DNA of 59,953 bases, filler included, from Dimargaris cristalligena (taxonomy: Eukaryota), in NCBI GenBank assembly GCA_003614675.1. It is 5 parts of 5 records of this genome, joined end to end, with 100 filler letters (N's around TTAATTAATTAA, not from the genome) between each part and the next. Parts side by side here need not be neighbours in the genome. Positions count along the whole stretch, not along the records: positions 36,051 to 47,952 come from ML003075.1; 4 more parts are not named here. One strand, given 5' to 3'. The position numbers and the translations under genes were made by a program. Positions 36,051-48,052 of the stretch are shown piece after piece; the stretch's first letter is position 1, and each line of letters opens with the position of its first letter. Below the pieces are notes generated by a model. That model saw only the letters and a program-made list of their open reading frames with translations, had not been told where the DNA came from and ran no database searches.

Positions 36051-39000
36051 AGGCTGCGATGTTCAACCATGACGCCCTTGGGGAGGCCGGTGGATCCTGA
36101 GGTGAACACAACGTAGGCCAGCTCTGTCGGTTGAATGGGGTGGAGGGAGGCAGCAGTGGTGGTAGACTTGATGCTATCGATAAGGTCGTCAATGGTGATG
36201 GCTTCGCGCCATTCGGTGTTTGTTCCTGACGCATTCGCCATACATGTGCACCCGGCTGTTTCGACAATGTATTTTTGACGGGCAATTGGATGCTTGCTAT
36301 CCACTGGCACATAAACAGCACCGACACCCCAAACAGCCAGCATACACATGACTGTATCAGGATGATTAGACACAATAACACCAACTTTGTCGCGTGGCTG
36401 AACATTAGCACGTCGGAGACGCTCAACCATTCCCAAAACTCGCCAGGTTAGCTGGGTATAGGTGTGAGTATCGTTGCCAATTTCAGTCGCCACTCGATTT
36501 GGATATTTTTGAGCCATACCAAAGAATAGATCCAAAAGGCTAAGGCATGGATTTTCCTCTGTAATTGGATTAGGAGACCCAAGTGCAAATTTATCCAGGA
36601 TGAGGGTGGCCTCAGTTGGACACACCAGTGATGTCGTGGACCATGGCTGGTGGGCAACCACCACCGAATGAGCATAGGCCAGAAAATTGTGAAGTAGGCG
36701 GTTTGCCGTATCAACGTTGAAGAGGCTCTGGTTGAATCGCAACTGACACATGGGTACAAGGTCATGAAAGTCAACAACCAGCTGTAAATCGTAAGGGAAC
36801 ATCGTCCAGGGCGATAGGGACCTGGTACAGTGTAATGTAGAATTGTCCCGGGGAACAATGTGATGGTGGAATACGACTGATACATGAGACAGGCCGGAAA
36901 TTCTGTGCTGTCCTTCGGGAGATAAGTGGGTAACAATATCATCCGTCGAAGGTAAAACGTGGGGCCGGGAGTCTCTAAGCTGGCGGATCAGTCGTTCGGC
37001 TAGTTCGGAGAAATCTAACGGCAGAATTCCATTCACTCGAAGCGGCCCTCTCAATTCTGACAAAGTCGCCATGGCCGCCGAAGTATCACTATTACCAACA
37101 TCCGGGCCGTTTATGTCCATAATCAAATCAGTCTGTCCTGTCAGGCGCAACATGAATGTTGAAAATAGAGACGACCAGATCCCATATTCCTTAACCGACT
37201 CATTCGAAGCCTGTACCTGAATAGCTTCAAACAATCGCCCCTCAACTTCGGTTTCGGCCAAGTCACAGAGGAAAGAGGGCAAAAGAGGGCGAGGTCGGTC
37301 AGTCGGAAGAGACAGTTCAACCGGTGGATTCTGAAGAAGAGTGGCCCAATAGTCGAAATCTACTTTAGTAGGCTCACCAGTACTGCAAACTCTCGTGAAT
37401 TGGACATCGGGTAAACTGCGTGAATGCCCAACCAATTGATTGGTGAGAGCATGTACGAATTTTTCAAATTCGCTGGTGGATCCGAGGATTTCGTGGACAC
37501 GAATTACAATCACTGAAGAGTTGTTGTAGACTGTGTCCGTCGGCCACTGATACAAGTCGAGTTGAACCAGCACGCCTTGATTCAAATCAAATTGAGGTGC
37601 ATGAACGTCGAACTGGTCACCATTGAATACTTGAGAGCTGGGAAGCTGGTGCTCAGTTACTCTAATTGACACTCGTGGTAAAACGTGGCAGGTAAGTACA
37701 CCTCGAACTGATAGAAACCGACAACGAAGGGATTCGAATATGATAGTTAGGTGATCGATAGTCTGCTGAACCTCCTCCAACTGAAGCAGGATCTTGGAAA
37801 TAATCGTACAATGGTGGTGGAAAGCTGATGAAGGATTGCCCAATCGACTGAGGGACCAGACTCGTTGTTGATGGCTAGTGGTCGACTTTTGAGTATGCAG
37901 AAGCGATGCCTTCAGAGGGGGAATATAGGTATCATTGACGGTGAAATCGGGAGACTCCTCAACCTCGGCTTGCTTAATAATATCCTGGATGATGGAGGCC
38001 AAAGTACGAATCTCAGTGTGTTTAACCAATTCTCCCAAACCGACAGCAATACCGAATTTCTGGTAAATGCGATACTGAAGTAGGTCTAGTTGGGCCAAGG
38101 GAATCCTTGATGTGGATATTAGAGGTGCAGTATCATTACTGCAAGCTAAAGTATGATTGGCGGATGCGTATAGCTCATTCACCACTACTGTCAACCACCA
38201 TTCGGAATCTGACAGGGACTGGGCTGAACGGGTTGGAAGCGTGACTAGATATGCTATTGCAAAGTGCGGGAGAAGTTGGTCATTAAGGTCAGTCACATGT
38301 GGGAACGCATTGGTTGAAATGATCTCATCGGGCACGAGAGCGGCTGGAATTGTAGGTGGAGTCATAGTAGTTTTTATCCCAATTAGGTCCGCTTCGGAGG
38401 CATTGGAAACCAGAACCACTAGCCGATCATGAGATAAGACTAAGTATCGTGGGGATTGGGCACCAGCTTTAGATAATGCTCGCACCAACGTACCAAGATG
38501 GACCTGCCGATGCTTAATGGCCACTCGCTGGCTGGCCGGGCCCAGAATATGGACAATGTCAGCAGCATCACGGTAGCCAAGTACGGATTGCTTTGAAGAA
38601 GCAGGGTAATAGGGAAACGAAGTGCCCAGGAATGCCAGTCGACCAACTACACCAGGGGGAGAAGGATGGCCATGTTTACCCAACACATCCAAAGCATAGC
38701 CACCATTGAGTGGTTTGTCCATAGCAGGTAGTGAGCGGGAAGCCAGTTGCTTTGGTGTGATACGCCGATGCCCATGGAAGATGGATTCGATAAAAGCCAG
38801 GCAGGTATCGGTTGATTTGTCCAAACTTTCGACATGAGGCCAGGTGTCACCTTTTAAGTCAAAGAGAATTAGACGGTCACCTAAAACCGACCCATGCGAC
38901 AGAGAATCGCCGGCGATAACGTGGCAAGGTGAAGATTCGCTACTCTTATGTATAGGTGAATCAGGGGCCGAGATAGTGGCCTGTGAGGTTAGGCACGACA

Positions 39001-42000
39001 GAGTAAACCATATGCTCTGTGGGCTATCCAGGTCCAAGGAACTATCCAAAATATACTGTCTCTTGCTATCAACGAAGGTCCGAGTTGAGGCAAGGGTTTG
39101 TTGGATGCATGGACTATCAATAATAGAGACCGCACAATCAGTTGAATCGCTACGGGATGCAAACGCCAAGGAGGGATCTTGCAAGCCACTGGGCTGCGTC
39201 AATAGACAAGTGGCTCGCGGTTCACTTATTATATGATCAAACGAGTCCGGTATGCCAACCGCTGCAATACCATTATCCAGATAAGGGCATACATGTTCTA
39301 TGTCAGTAGATGTTAGCCACACTATCTGCGCACCAACGGCCTTAGAACACGCTGTTAATTGTGTGATGGTAAAGGGTGATGCCAGAGGTAGAAATTGTGC
39401 ACCCATCTTGATTGCGCTCACTAGGCAGACCAGCAAATGTTCGACACTATCTACTACAGCCACGACTGTTGGGTGGGGGGCTAAGCCAAACTGGCTGGAT
39501 TGAACAGCGAGGGAATGAGCCAATTGGTCAAGCTGACTGTATGACAGGCTATGGGCTTTTGAGTCAAGGGCTAGGTGATCTGAGCTGTCCAGCAAAGAGT
39601 TGTTCCAGATGTCATTTAGCAGCGGGGGCGCTGGAGTGGTCGTGGATCTTCTCGATTCTTGGTCAACGTGAAGGCGGCTGTTTGACGGAGGGCTTGCAAG
39701 TGCGAGTTGGTCCATAGGTGTGTTTATATCCGCCACTAGAATCCACGTAAGAACAAACTGGACCATATCAACTATCTGACTGACGGATTCTTCAGAATAG
39801 ATGGATGTATCATAGAATACTTTGGCCTTGATACCGTTAGAGCTTTCAATAAAGTCAATGGCCAGCGGGTACTCTGTAAACTCATCTGTACGTAGGTCAG
39901 ATAAAACCAGGCTGTGTGTCGGATCAGCTACAAGTTCCGGGAAATTTTCGAACCCCATAATGGTTTGGAATAGTGGTCCGGAATGGTCGGTGGAAGCCCA
40001 CTTAGTAATGTCAGTTAGGACTGAGTGTTCAAACGGGATCATGGCTACCTGGCCTTGGTGGAGGGTCTGCAACCAGTCCGCAATTAATTGATGATCCAGA
40101 CGCACCCGGGAGGGTAAAGTATTCGTACAGGGACCAATCGTCCGTTCGATCCCGGGCAGGCCTAGGTTGCGGCCGGACAGAGTCACGCCAAACACCACTT
40201 CATCCTGGTCGAGTAGAGATCCCAGAACTAGGGCATAGGCGGCTCGGAATAAAGTAGCCAGAGTGACCCCGAACATCTGCGAGCATTGGGTTAACTGGGT
40301 CTTGGAAAGATTAATCCCGGTTAGATAAGTCGCCCAGCCTGGTAATCCAATATAGCCGGGGGAGAGTAAAGGGGCAGGGGTCTTGGGTGCATCTTTTAGA
40401 TAGCTGCCCCAGAAAGCCTGGGCTGAATCCGAATTGAGCTCGCTGACGCACTGAATAATGGACGAAAAAGGGACTGACGGAGAACTCGCTTCCAGGTTGG
40501 GATGGTGATAGGCTTCCATCCACGCCTGGAATAAAAGAGGCAGCGACCACCCATCGCACAGAGAATGATGAAACGTAATAATAACATCATGCACTTGGTT
40601 ATCAACGGTAGGGAACACAAAATTGCGAATCATATGTTCTTGCAATGTAAAACCCCGCTGGCGGTTCTGTGCTAGGAATTCGTCGAGTGACTTTAAGGGT
40701 TGGTCGGAGACAGTCCAGGCGGTGGGGCACGACCGAAGAACCGCCTGGATATACCCTCGGGACTGCTTCGATGACGACTCAAGAAATACAGTGCGCAGGG
40801 CGGTATTCTGCTGGGCAACCGCCTGCCAGGCCTGCAGCAGCCGATCAGCATTAAGCGGGCCGTTGAATTTGACAGTGAGTTGCACTAAATATGCGGAGGC
40901 GTCAGTGGATAATCCTGTTAACAAACCACCCTGGAGAGCAATGCAGGGCAACACATCCTCCACCTGATCTAGCGGAATATGACGGTGACAGAGATCGTCA
41001 ATAATCTCCTGGAATTCAGATGTGGAAGGTTGGAGGTGGGCAAAGTCATATCGCGTGAGAAGTGGCTCCACACTAATGGACTGCGATTGGTTCATTTCAC
41101 TGGCGAGCTGGACGAGGTTCTGACGCCATTGGGCCATGATTTCATCGACGATGCTTCGGCAATACACCAACGGATTGAACTCCATAATTAGACGAAGGCA
41201 GTCACCGACCACCGTAGGCATGGGATTGATGTCATAAATAACCTTGTCCTGGGGAGCAAAGTCGTGTAGACCGAAATAGTCGGACCACTCGATGGATAAC
41301 AAATCGTCGCTTAGATCTCCACCAGTATTGCTGAAACGGCCAAAATAGTTGAACTGGACGTCTAGGCTGGCCGGGGTCTTGGCCTCCAACTTGGCCCGCT
41401 CTTCCACTGAAACGCCAGGCATGTATTTCAATAAGGAATAGGGAAATCCCTTCATTGGGATTTGCTGCAAAGCCTCTTTGGTATGGCGCAACAGGTCCAG
41501 TAAGGGCTGGTGAGACTGAACCTGCAGAACGAGGGGGTAGAGAGCGGTAAACCAGCCTACGGTGCGGGAAATGTCTTGATCAGATAGCCATGGCTCACGG
41601 CCGTGCCCCTCCATGCAAAAAGTTACTTGGTCCAGTCCTATGGTAGTGGCGAAGGCGTGTGTGAAGGCGGCCAGAAGTAGATCGCGTGGAGTGACGCGTA
41701 GCTGCGCGGACAATTGGAACAATAGTGGGTATGTGGATTCAGAGTCGAACTCGAAAGATGTGGAGAGGCGGGCAGCCTGGGTACGGGTAGCATCCAATTC
41801 AGGCGGTGGAAGGCGGACCCGGATATCGGGAACGGGTTTATCTGAGTTTAACTGAGTGGGCCAGATATCGGCCGACAGAGTTGCTGCATAGTCGTCGAGC
41901 TGTGAGGCCCAGACTTGGAAAGGCAGTGATTTCGGCGGCAGTGAGGCGCCTCGGAGCAGGGTATTCAAGTCCTCAATTAGAATACGCCAGGCAATCAGGT

Positions 42001-44950
42001 CTACCAAGACGTGATGGATGGTGATGAATAGGCGGGGTTGGGACTTACTGTCCGGGTCATGGATCAGGGCAACAGCCAACACAGGGCCTGCAGTAAGGTT
42101 AAGGCTAGATTGAACCCGCAGAATAAAGCCGACATAGTTTTCGGAAGAAACCGTTTCTTCCAACACTAAGAAGTCGGCGGGCATGGCCCTGGCTGTAGGT
42201 ATCGCCTGGACCCACAACCAGCCATCATCACTTGGTTTGAATCGGGCCCGGAGAATGTCGTGGTGGTTGGCCAGGGCCACAAGGGCGTCGGAAATGGTCG
42301 TCAATGATAAACTGGCTTTGGGGTTTATATTCAACGTGAAGGACTGGTTAAAATGGTGGGGGTTACGAAGACCAATGGCACTGAACCAGCGCTGAATAGG
42401 CGTTAAAGTCACCGCACCCTGGACTTGTTCCTGGTAGGCAGCGTTGACATTGGCCAGATGGCTAGAGAACTTTTCAGTGTGCTGGGCCAACTGTCGGAGT
42501 TCGGGGTACTGGTAGATCAATGGCACGGCTAATTGATATCCAATCTGTCGACCCTTAGACACAAGTAAAATGGCTGAAATAGAGTCACCGCCGATTCGGA
42601 AAAAGTGGTCGGTAGTGCTGATACGGTCAGGGTCTAAGTGTAGGACCTGGGCCCAGATCTGGCAAAGGTCACGTTCGGAATCAGATTGGGGAGCGGTAAC
42701 CTTGGACATCGTAGAGTCGGTACTAGATGGGCCACCCAGTAAATGGTCAATTGGGGGTAAAGACTTGCGGTCCAATTTACCGCTGACCGTCGTTTTAAAC
42801 TCCGTGACAAGCACTACTAGGCCAGGTACCATCTGCTTGGACAACCGCTTCTTCAGATAGCTCAGCAGGGCCAGCTGGTCCAAGTCCGTAGGGCTAGCGT
42901 AAAGTACTAGGGTATCATGTTTTACTGATGCTACGCATTGCTTGAGACCTGGAAAGTGGCCACTAACCGACTCAATTTCTTCGAGCTCGATGCGATACCC
43001 ACGCAGCTTGATCTGGTTATCGATCCGACCTAAGAAATCGATTGTGCCATTAGCCAACCAACGGGCCTGGTCACCGGTCCGGTACACCCGACCTGGTCCA
43101 TAGGGATTGGAAATAAACTTGGCTTGGGTAAGTTCAGGAAGATTTTGGTAGCCTCGGGCTAAACCAATCCCGCCAATGAGAAGCTCGCCGGGAACTCCGA
43201 CAGGTACCAATTGAAGCTGGTCATCTACAATGAAACAAAAAGTATTGCGTATCGGCTTCCCAATAGTAATGTCATGGTCGGAACCAATTTCAACTGAATG
43301 GCTATAGATTGTCGCCTCGGAGGGTCCATAATAGTTCACCATTCGGCACCGATGTGCCCAATTTGTCTGAATTTCGGGGGTGATGGGTTCGCCGGCCATT
43401 CCAATCAGCTCCAGATTGGGGTAGTCATCAGGATCGAGGCGGGCCACAAACGAGGGAACAAATGACCCGCTAGTGAGGGTACGCATATCGTCCAGGATAT
43501 TATCACCCGGGACTATCAGTGTACCTCCATGGCATAGGGTACGTAAGGTATCGACCAAGAAGGCATCAAAGACTACGGACATACCCTGGATAGTACGTTT
43601 ACCCGGACCGAAGTCCTCCGCTAGGTATGGGTCCGCAACCAGACTTGCTACCCCACCGTGTTCCACCAACACCCCTTTAGGCTGACCTGTAGAGCCTGAC
43701 GTGTAGATCATATAGGCCAGGTCGTTTGAGTTTGACGGATTTGGGGTAAATGGTGGGACATCGAGGTTCTGGGAGTGGTGAATATAAGAGTCCATGACCA
43801 GAGTAGTTGCAGTCGACTCGGCCGGCAGATAGTCATAAGTAGAGCTGGTGGCGATAGCTAAGAGTGCATCACTGTCCTTGAGGATATACCGAATTCGTTC
43901 AATAGGATAATCGGGGTCAATGGGGACATAAGCGGCGCCAGACTTGAATATCGCCAGCATGGTGATGTTGAAGGCAGCGGACTTAGGTATAAAGATGGCA
44001 AATCGCACCTCAGGTCGGGCCCCATATTCTTCCACCAACACACGGGCGAGATTGGAAGTGACCTGGTCCAATTGGGAGTAGGTCCATTCATCGGGGCCGT
44101 ATGCCAAAGCAAGATGATGGGGGTAGCGCTGGGCACATTGGCTGAACAGGCAATGGACGGGTAGACCAACTGGTTGGACAGTCTCATTCATACGAGAGAA
44201 CTCCATCAGGCGAGTTCGTTCATTGTCGCTGACCCAGGGAATATCACGCACCAGGACAGGTTGGTCTCGGCCCAGGGCCTCCATTACGCCTGACAAAATA
44301 GTACCCAGTTGGAGGGCAAACTCGGCTACGGCCGGTCCATGATACTGAGTCCGCGGATAGGTGACTGTAATTCGGACCTGATCATGATGCTGCTCGCAGC
44401 TAACCATGAGTCGGGCGGCTGTCGCAATCAAAATCGCGGCAGTGGACGGGTCAGCGTCGGACTCGCTGAGTTGCCCAACATAATCGGCTGGGAGGAATGT
44501 CCGATGATTTTTGCTTGGCCAAGGGTTGTCGACGTGAAGAATGACCTCAGCCACATGACTAGTGGAACCAGGTGAATTAACAGGCTTAACCTCCTGCATG
44601 ATGGAAACATCAAGAGGGAGATCCGGCTTTACTTGGGAGAGAACCAAGTTGAGTTGATGACCGGCTGCTTCGCCTTCCCCGATTGGACCTGTCCAGTGAG
44701 CGAAAGCGACGCCAGGTTGGCGGTGGTAGCGACTCAGGAGAAGTGCTAGGGCCATCTGGCAGGGTGGAGTGGGGTCAAGCTGCCCGCCTCCTACCGAGGC
44801 CGGAAGAGGAAGGGGGTGCAACCAACTGGCATAGCCCGTCCCATATTGGTGGGGTTTGCCAAGAGGCAGGTCGGCCGCGGGCTGATAATCAATGGGAACG
44901 GCAGGCATACACACGCGTGTGTTATCGTTGGGGTCTACTGGAGAATACAT
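36051..44950 (-). CDS. Non-ribosomal peptide synthetase, intronless, 3' truncated; architecture partial-C, A, T, E, C, degenerate A-T-C, A(partial)
   Basis: A1: LAYMIYTSGSTGQPKGV, YGPSEAT, YRTGD, RIDNQIKLRGYRIELEEIE, SGKLDRK. T: FFRIGGDSI. E: PIQRWF, HHVLVDLIAWRILIEDL, MEGHGRE, RTVGWFTALYP, FNYFGRF. C: HHSLCDGWS. Final A begins LAYVVFTSGSTGLPKGV. Confidence 0.96.
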
Positions 44951-45696
44951 GGTGTAATGACGTAAATTGGGGTGGTAGGGAAATACGAAATAAATAAATA
45001 AGGTAAATTAGGGGCCAAACTGGACAGCTAATGAATCAGGCGGCTGATCAATACTAGGATATGCTTATTGGGTGACACCTAAATTGAGATCGCTGATGAT
45101 GCTCTGCACTTTATATACCTATGCTATTACTATCTCCACAGAAGAAAAGCTGCTCGCCGCCCACCGCTCAACAGGGAGTCGAGTAGTTAAGGGCTTCACC
45201 AAATGATGTGTTTTTGGTGGGAGTGGTATGTATTGGCCATCGCTTACCGAAACGCCCATATCAATGCAGATACTAAGCAAGAGATATTATTTTATAATAG
45301 TTGGTTGAAGTTGATTAGGCACAGCAACTAGTCACGCGTACAATTCCGCATCATATCCCCCCTGTGGACAACAAAAAATCATTATAATAGGCTGCCTAGT
45401 AGTTCGAAATATCGACCTACCAAGGTGGCATATTTTAAATCAGTGGTCCTAATGTCGTGGATACAGGTATACTGTATCTGTGACTCATACCCGGTGCTAG
45501 TCTGCATGAGGTTTTCCCATGAACCCCTCGAAGTGGTAGACTATAGGTCTGTTTTGGTTCTATCTGTACTGGTGATGAATAAAATCTGTTCAAAAAGGGA
45601 TATCCATGTTATTTCATAGTGCCTCTATGTTTCCGCCCGACACACTGACTACCTATTATTAATTAAGCCAAGCAGTATACTACTACCAACTGTCTG

Positions 45697-46082
45697 CATT
45701 ATTACTGTAACAATATAAGAGTTAAGAGAAAACCTCACTTCGTTCAGTGACAATATTGGTATGTAGACAACGAATTATTCCAAATATAAAAATAAGATAA
45801 ATAAAAATAAGCAAACAGGTAAAATAACTAAAAAGGTGACGGTGCGAGTTGTTGGGGATAATGATGATTGGTATTTTTCAACGTCCACCGAGGACGTTTT
45901 TTATAAAGTATCGGTGTGGTTGTTTGGGCCAGAATATAAATATGGCGTGCTGTAGTAAAGCCAGGATACCCCGGAATAATGTAAGGCAGTAATGGCTCAG
46001 ACTGTTGAATAATAATAGAAGAGATGCAGAGAGGCACGTCAGTTAATAGATTGTATGCTAGACATGTAAAGTGAAACGTCAC
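45697..46082 (-). repeat. Left arm of a diverged ~385-bp inverted duplication
   Basis: Its reverse complement is colinear with 46971-47353; shared core TATAAAAA..AACGTCC-N5-GGACGTTGAAAAA..CAATCATCAT. Confidence 0.85.
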
Positions 46083-46970
46083 AATTATTTCGACCCAGTT
46101 CCCTCACATTTGCTAGCCACGTTTTTTTATATTATTTTTACAGTTTAGCTATATTATTTGAATTTATTTTTACTGCTTTTACTTTTAATTTACAGAGGCA
46201 TTAGGTCACCATACTCCCCTAACGCTCAATCGGGGCCATACCGGCACTGCCCGTGTATTATAGATAACTATCCTTTAATGAAAATAGTTCTTAATATAAT
46301 ACAGGTATTTTTAAGTTTTTTTTTCCGGTGAGTTCGATCGCTAGCGGGAAAATGAGGCTGGCATGGTTTGGGGAAGAGGGGTTTTTGATACTAACAAGCT
46401 AGTCCCACTTCCGTCGATTGTAAACTGATTCAAACGAGGCTACTTTACTCCCAAACTAACGGATTATGTTTGTCATTTGTCCACTGCACCCCAGTATTAC
46501 ATGATATGTGATTATTAAATCCCTCGCACCGGGAAAATAAGACTGTAGAATGGCTATAAAATCAGCTTAGTCGGCCACGATACTTTGATTCACATCCAGC
46601 TACCATTACCCATTGAGTTGATTCATAGCCTACCCTTGAAATAGGCACACTAGTTAATTATACCTCCTCGAACATGTGATTTTAGTTCGATAGGCAAAAG
46701 TCTAGGAAGTATGCATCTACAGTTGGCGTTAAATATATAACTGGTTAAGTATTTGGGTATTGAACCAAAAATTCCAATGTCATGTCTACCAGCGAAACGT
46801 ACCAACGTTGATGGCGTTGCGAACAGATTCTTCAGCTCTGTGAGAACGCCTAGGTGACGATTAGTCATAACAGGGGAAAGGCTGACTGGGTATAGGTATC
46901 TTTTAAATGGTGAGAAAGCAGGAGGTCAAAGGAGGTGGAAAGATTCACCCATTGCATATCTAGTGCAGCT

Positions 46971-47353
46971 GTGATATTTTACGACCCTTGTCTAATGCAC
47001 ATAATATTACTGGCGTGTCCCTTCGCGTCTCCTTAATTATCATTCGGCAGTTCAAGTCATCGCTGCTTTGCATTACTCCGGGTTACCCCAGCCCGACCAC
47101 AACACGCCATAATTGTGTCTCGCTTTCAGTAACTATATCCATTCCTATAAAAAGAACGTCCTCAGTGGACGTTGAAAAACAACAATCATCATAATCCTCA
47201 ACATTCTACATCACCGCTTTAGTTCTTTCACTTATTTCCTTATTTTTACCTATTATTTTCTTATACTTTGAATAAACCTTCATCTTAACACCAACATTGA
47301 TGTTGGATAAACTGGGGTCATCTCTAAACGCTTATATCGTTACAGCAGCAATG
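46971..47353 (+). repeat. Right arm of a diverged ~385-bp inverted duplication
   Basis: Colinear with the reverse complement of 45697-46082; the short ORFs in both arms also resemble each other (PGYP..TT.RH). Confidence 0.85.
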
Positions 47354-47952
47354 GACCTGGCAATACAATCAACATATTGGTGTAACTATGTGGGCTGAGT
47401 AGGGTAGGATTGCAACCACAAAGTGAGACGACCACCTGGGAACAGAATACATCACGTGACTCATTACCCCAGGACCCCCGCCAAGCAGTGCACGAACAGA
47501 TACCGACGCGATTGAACCCAATAAGCGAACCTAGAGCATAAAACCAAATTGATCACCTGGAAGCTCGGGCTCATCATGTCTTAATAAAATAATAATTAAC
47601 CCTTCAATCTGAACTAGTGACTACTCTGATTCCCCTCTCAGGCCCTACTACCTGGTAAACTACCCCCCTCTTTGGTCCCCCTCAACTAACTCTTTACAGG
47701 AGGAGCTATGGGAATGACCATCTGTGCTGAACTACGCAAATAATCTAATTATAATTCAAGCCTGATACACACTTAGCCTGTAGGGCTGTGGGGGTATGGG
47801 GTTGTTGAAGGAAGCTCAGGAGAAAGGGGAGCACAGGAGGCAGAAGGGTTTCCTACCACAGATAATAATATGAATAATGGGTACTGTGTTACTAACGATT
47901 TGAGGGGCTCCACTGGCATGCCTTTGGGAGAGTTGGCAGGAGGGGTAACCTC

Positions 47953-48052
47953 NNNNNNNNNNNNNNNNNNNNNNNNNNNNNNNNNNNNNNNNNNNNTTAA
48001 TTAATTAANNNNNNNNNNNNNNNNNNNNNNNNNNNNNNNNNNNNNNNNNNNN
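47953..48052. other. Artificial contig-joining spacer
   Basis: N44-TTAATTAATTAA-N44. Confidence 0.98.

Noticed and set aside
45828-47194. Two similar short ORFs (84 aa minus strand, 68 aa plus strand) as a duplicated peptide gene pair
   Set aside because: Non-ATG starts, and the frames diverge by an indel at the conserved core; the similarity is explained by the DNA inverted repeat
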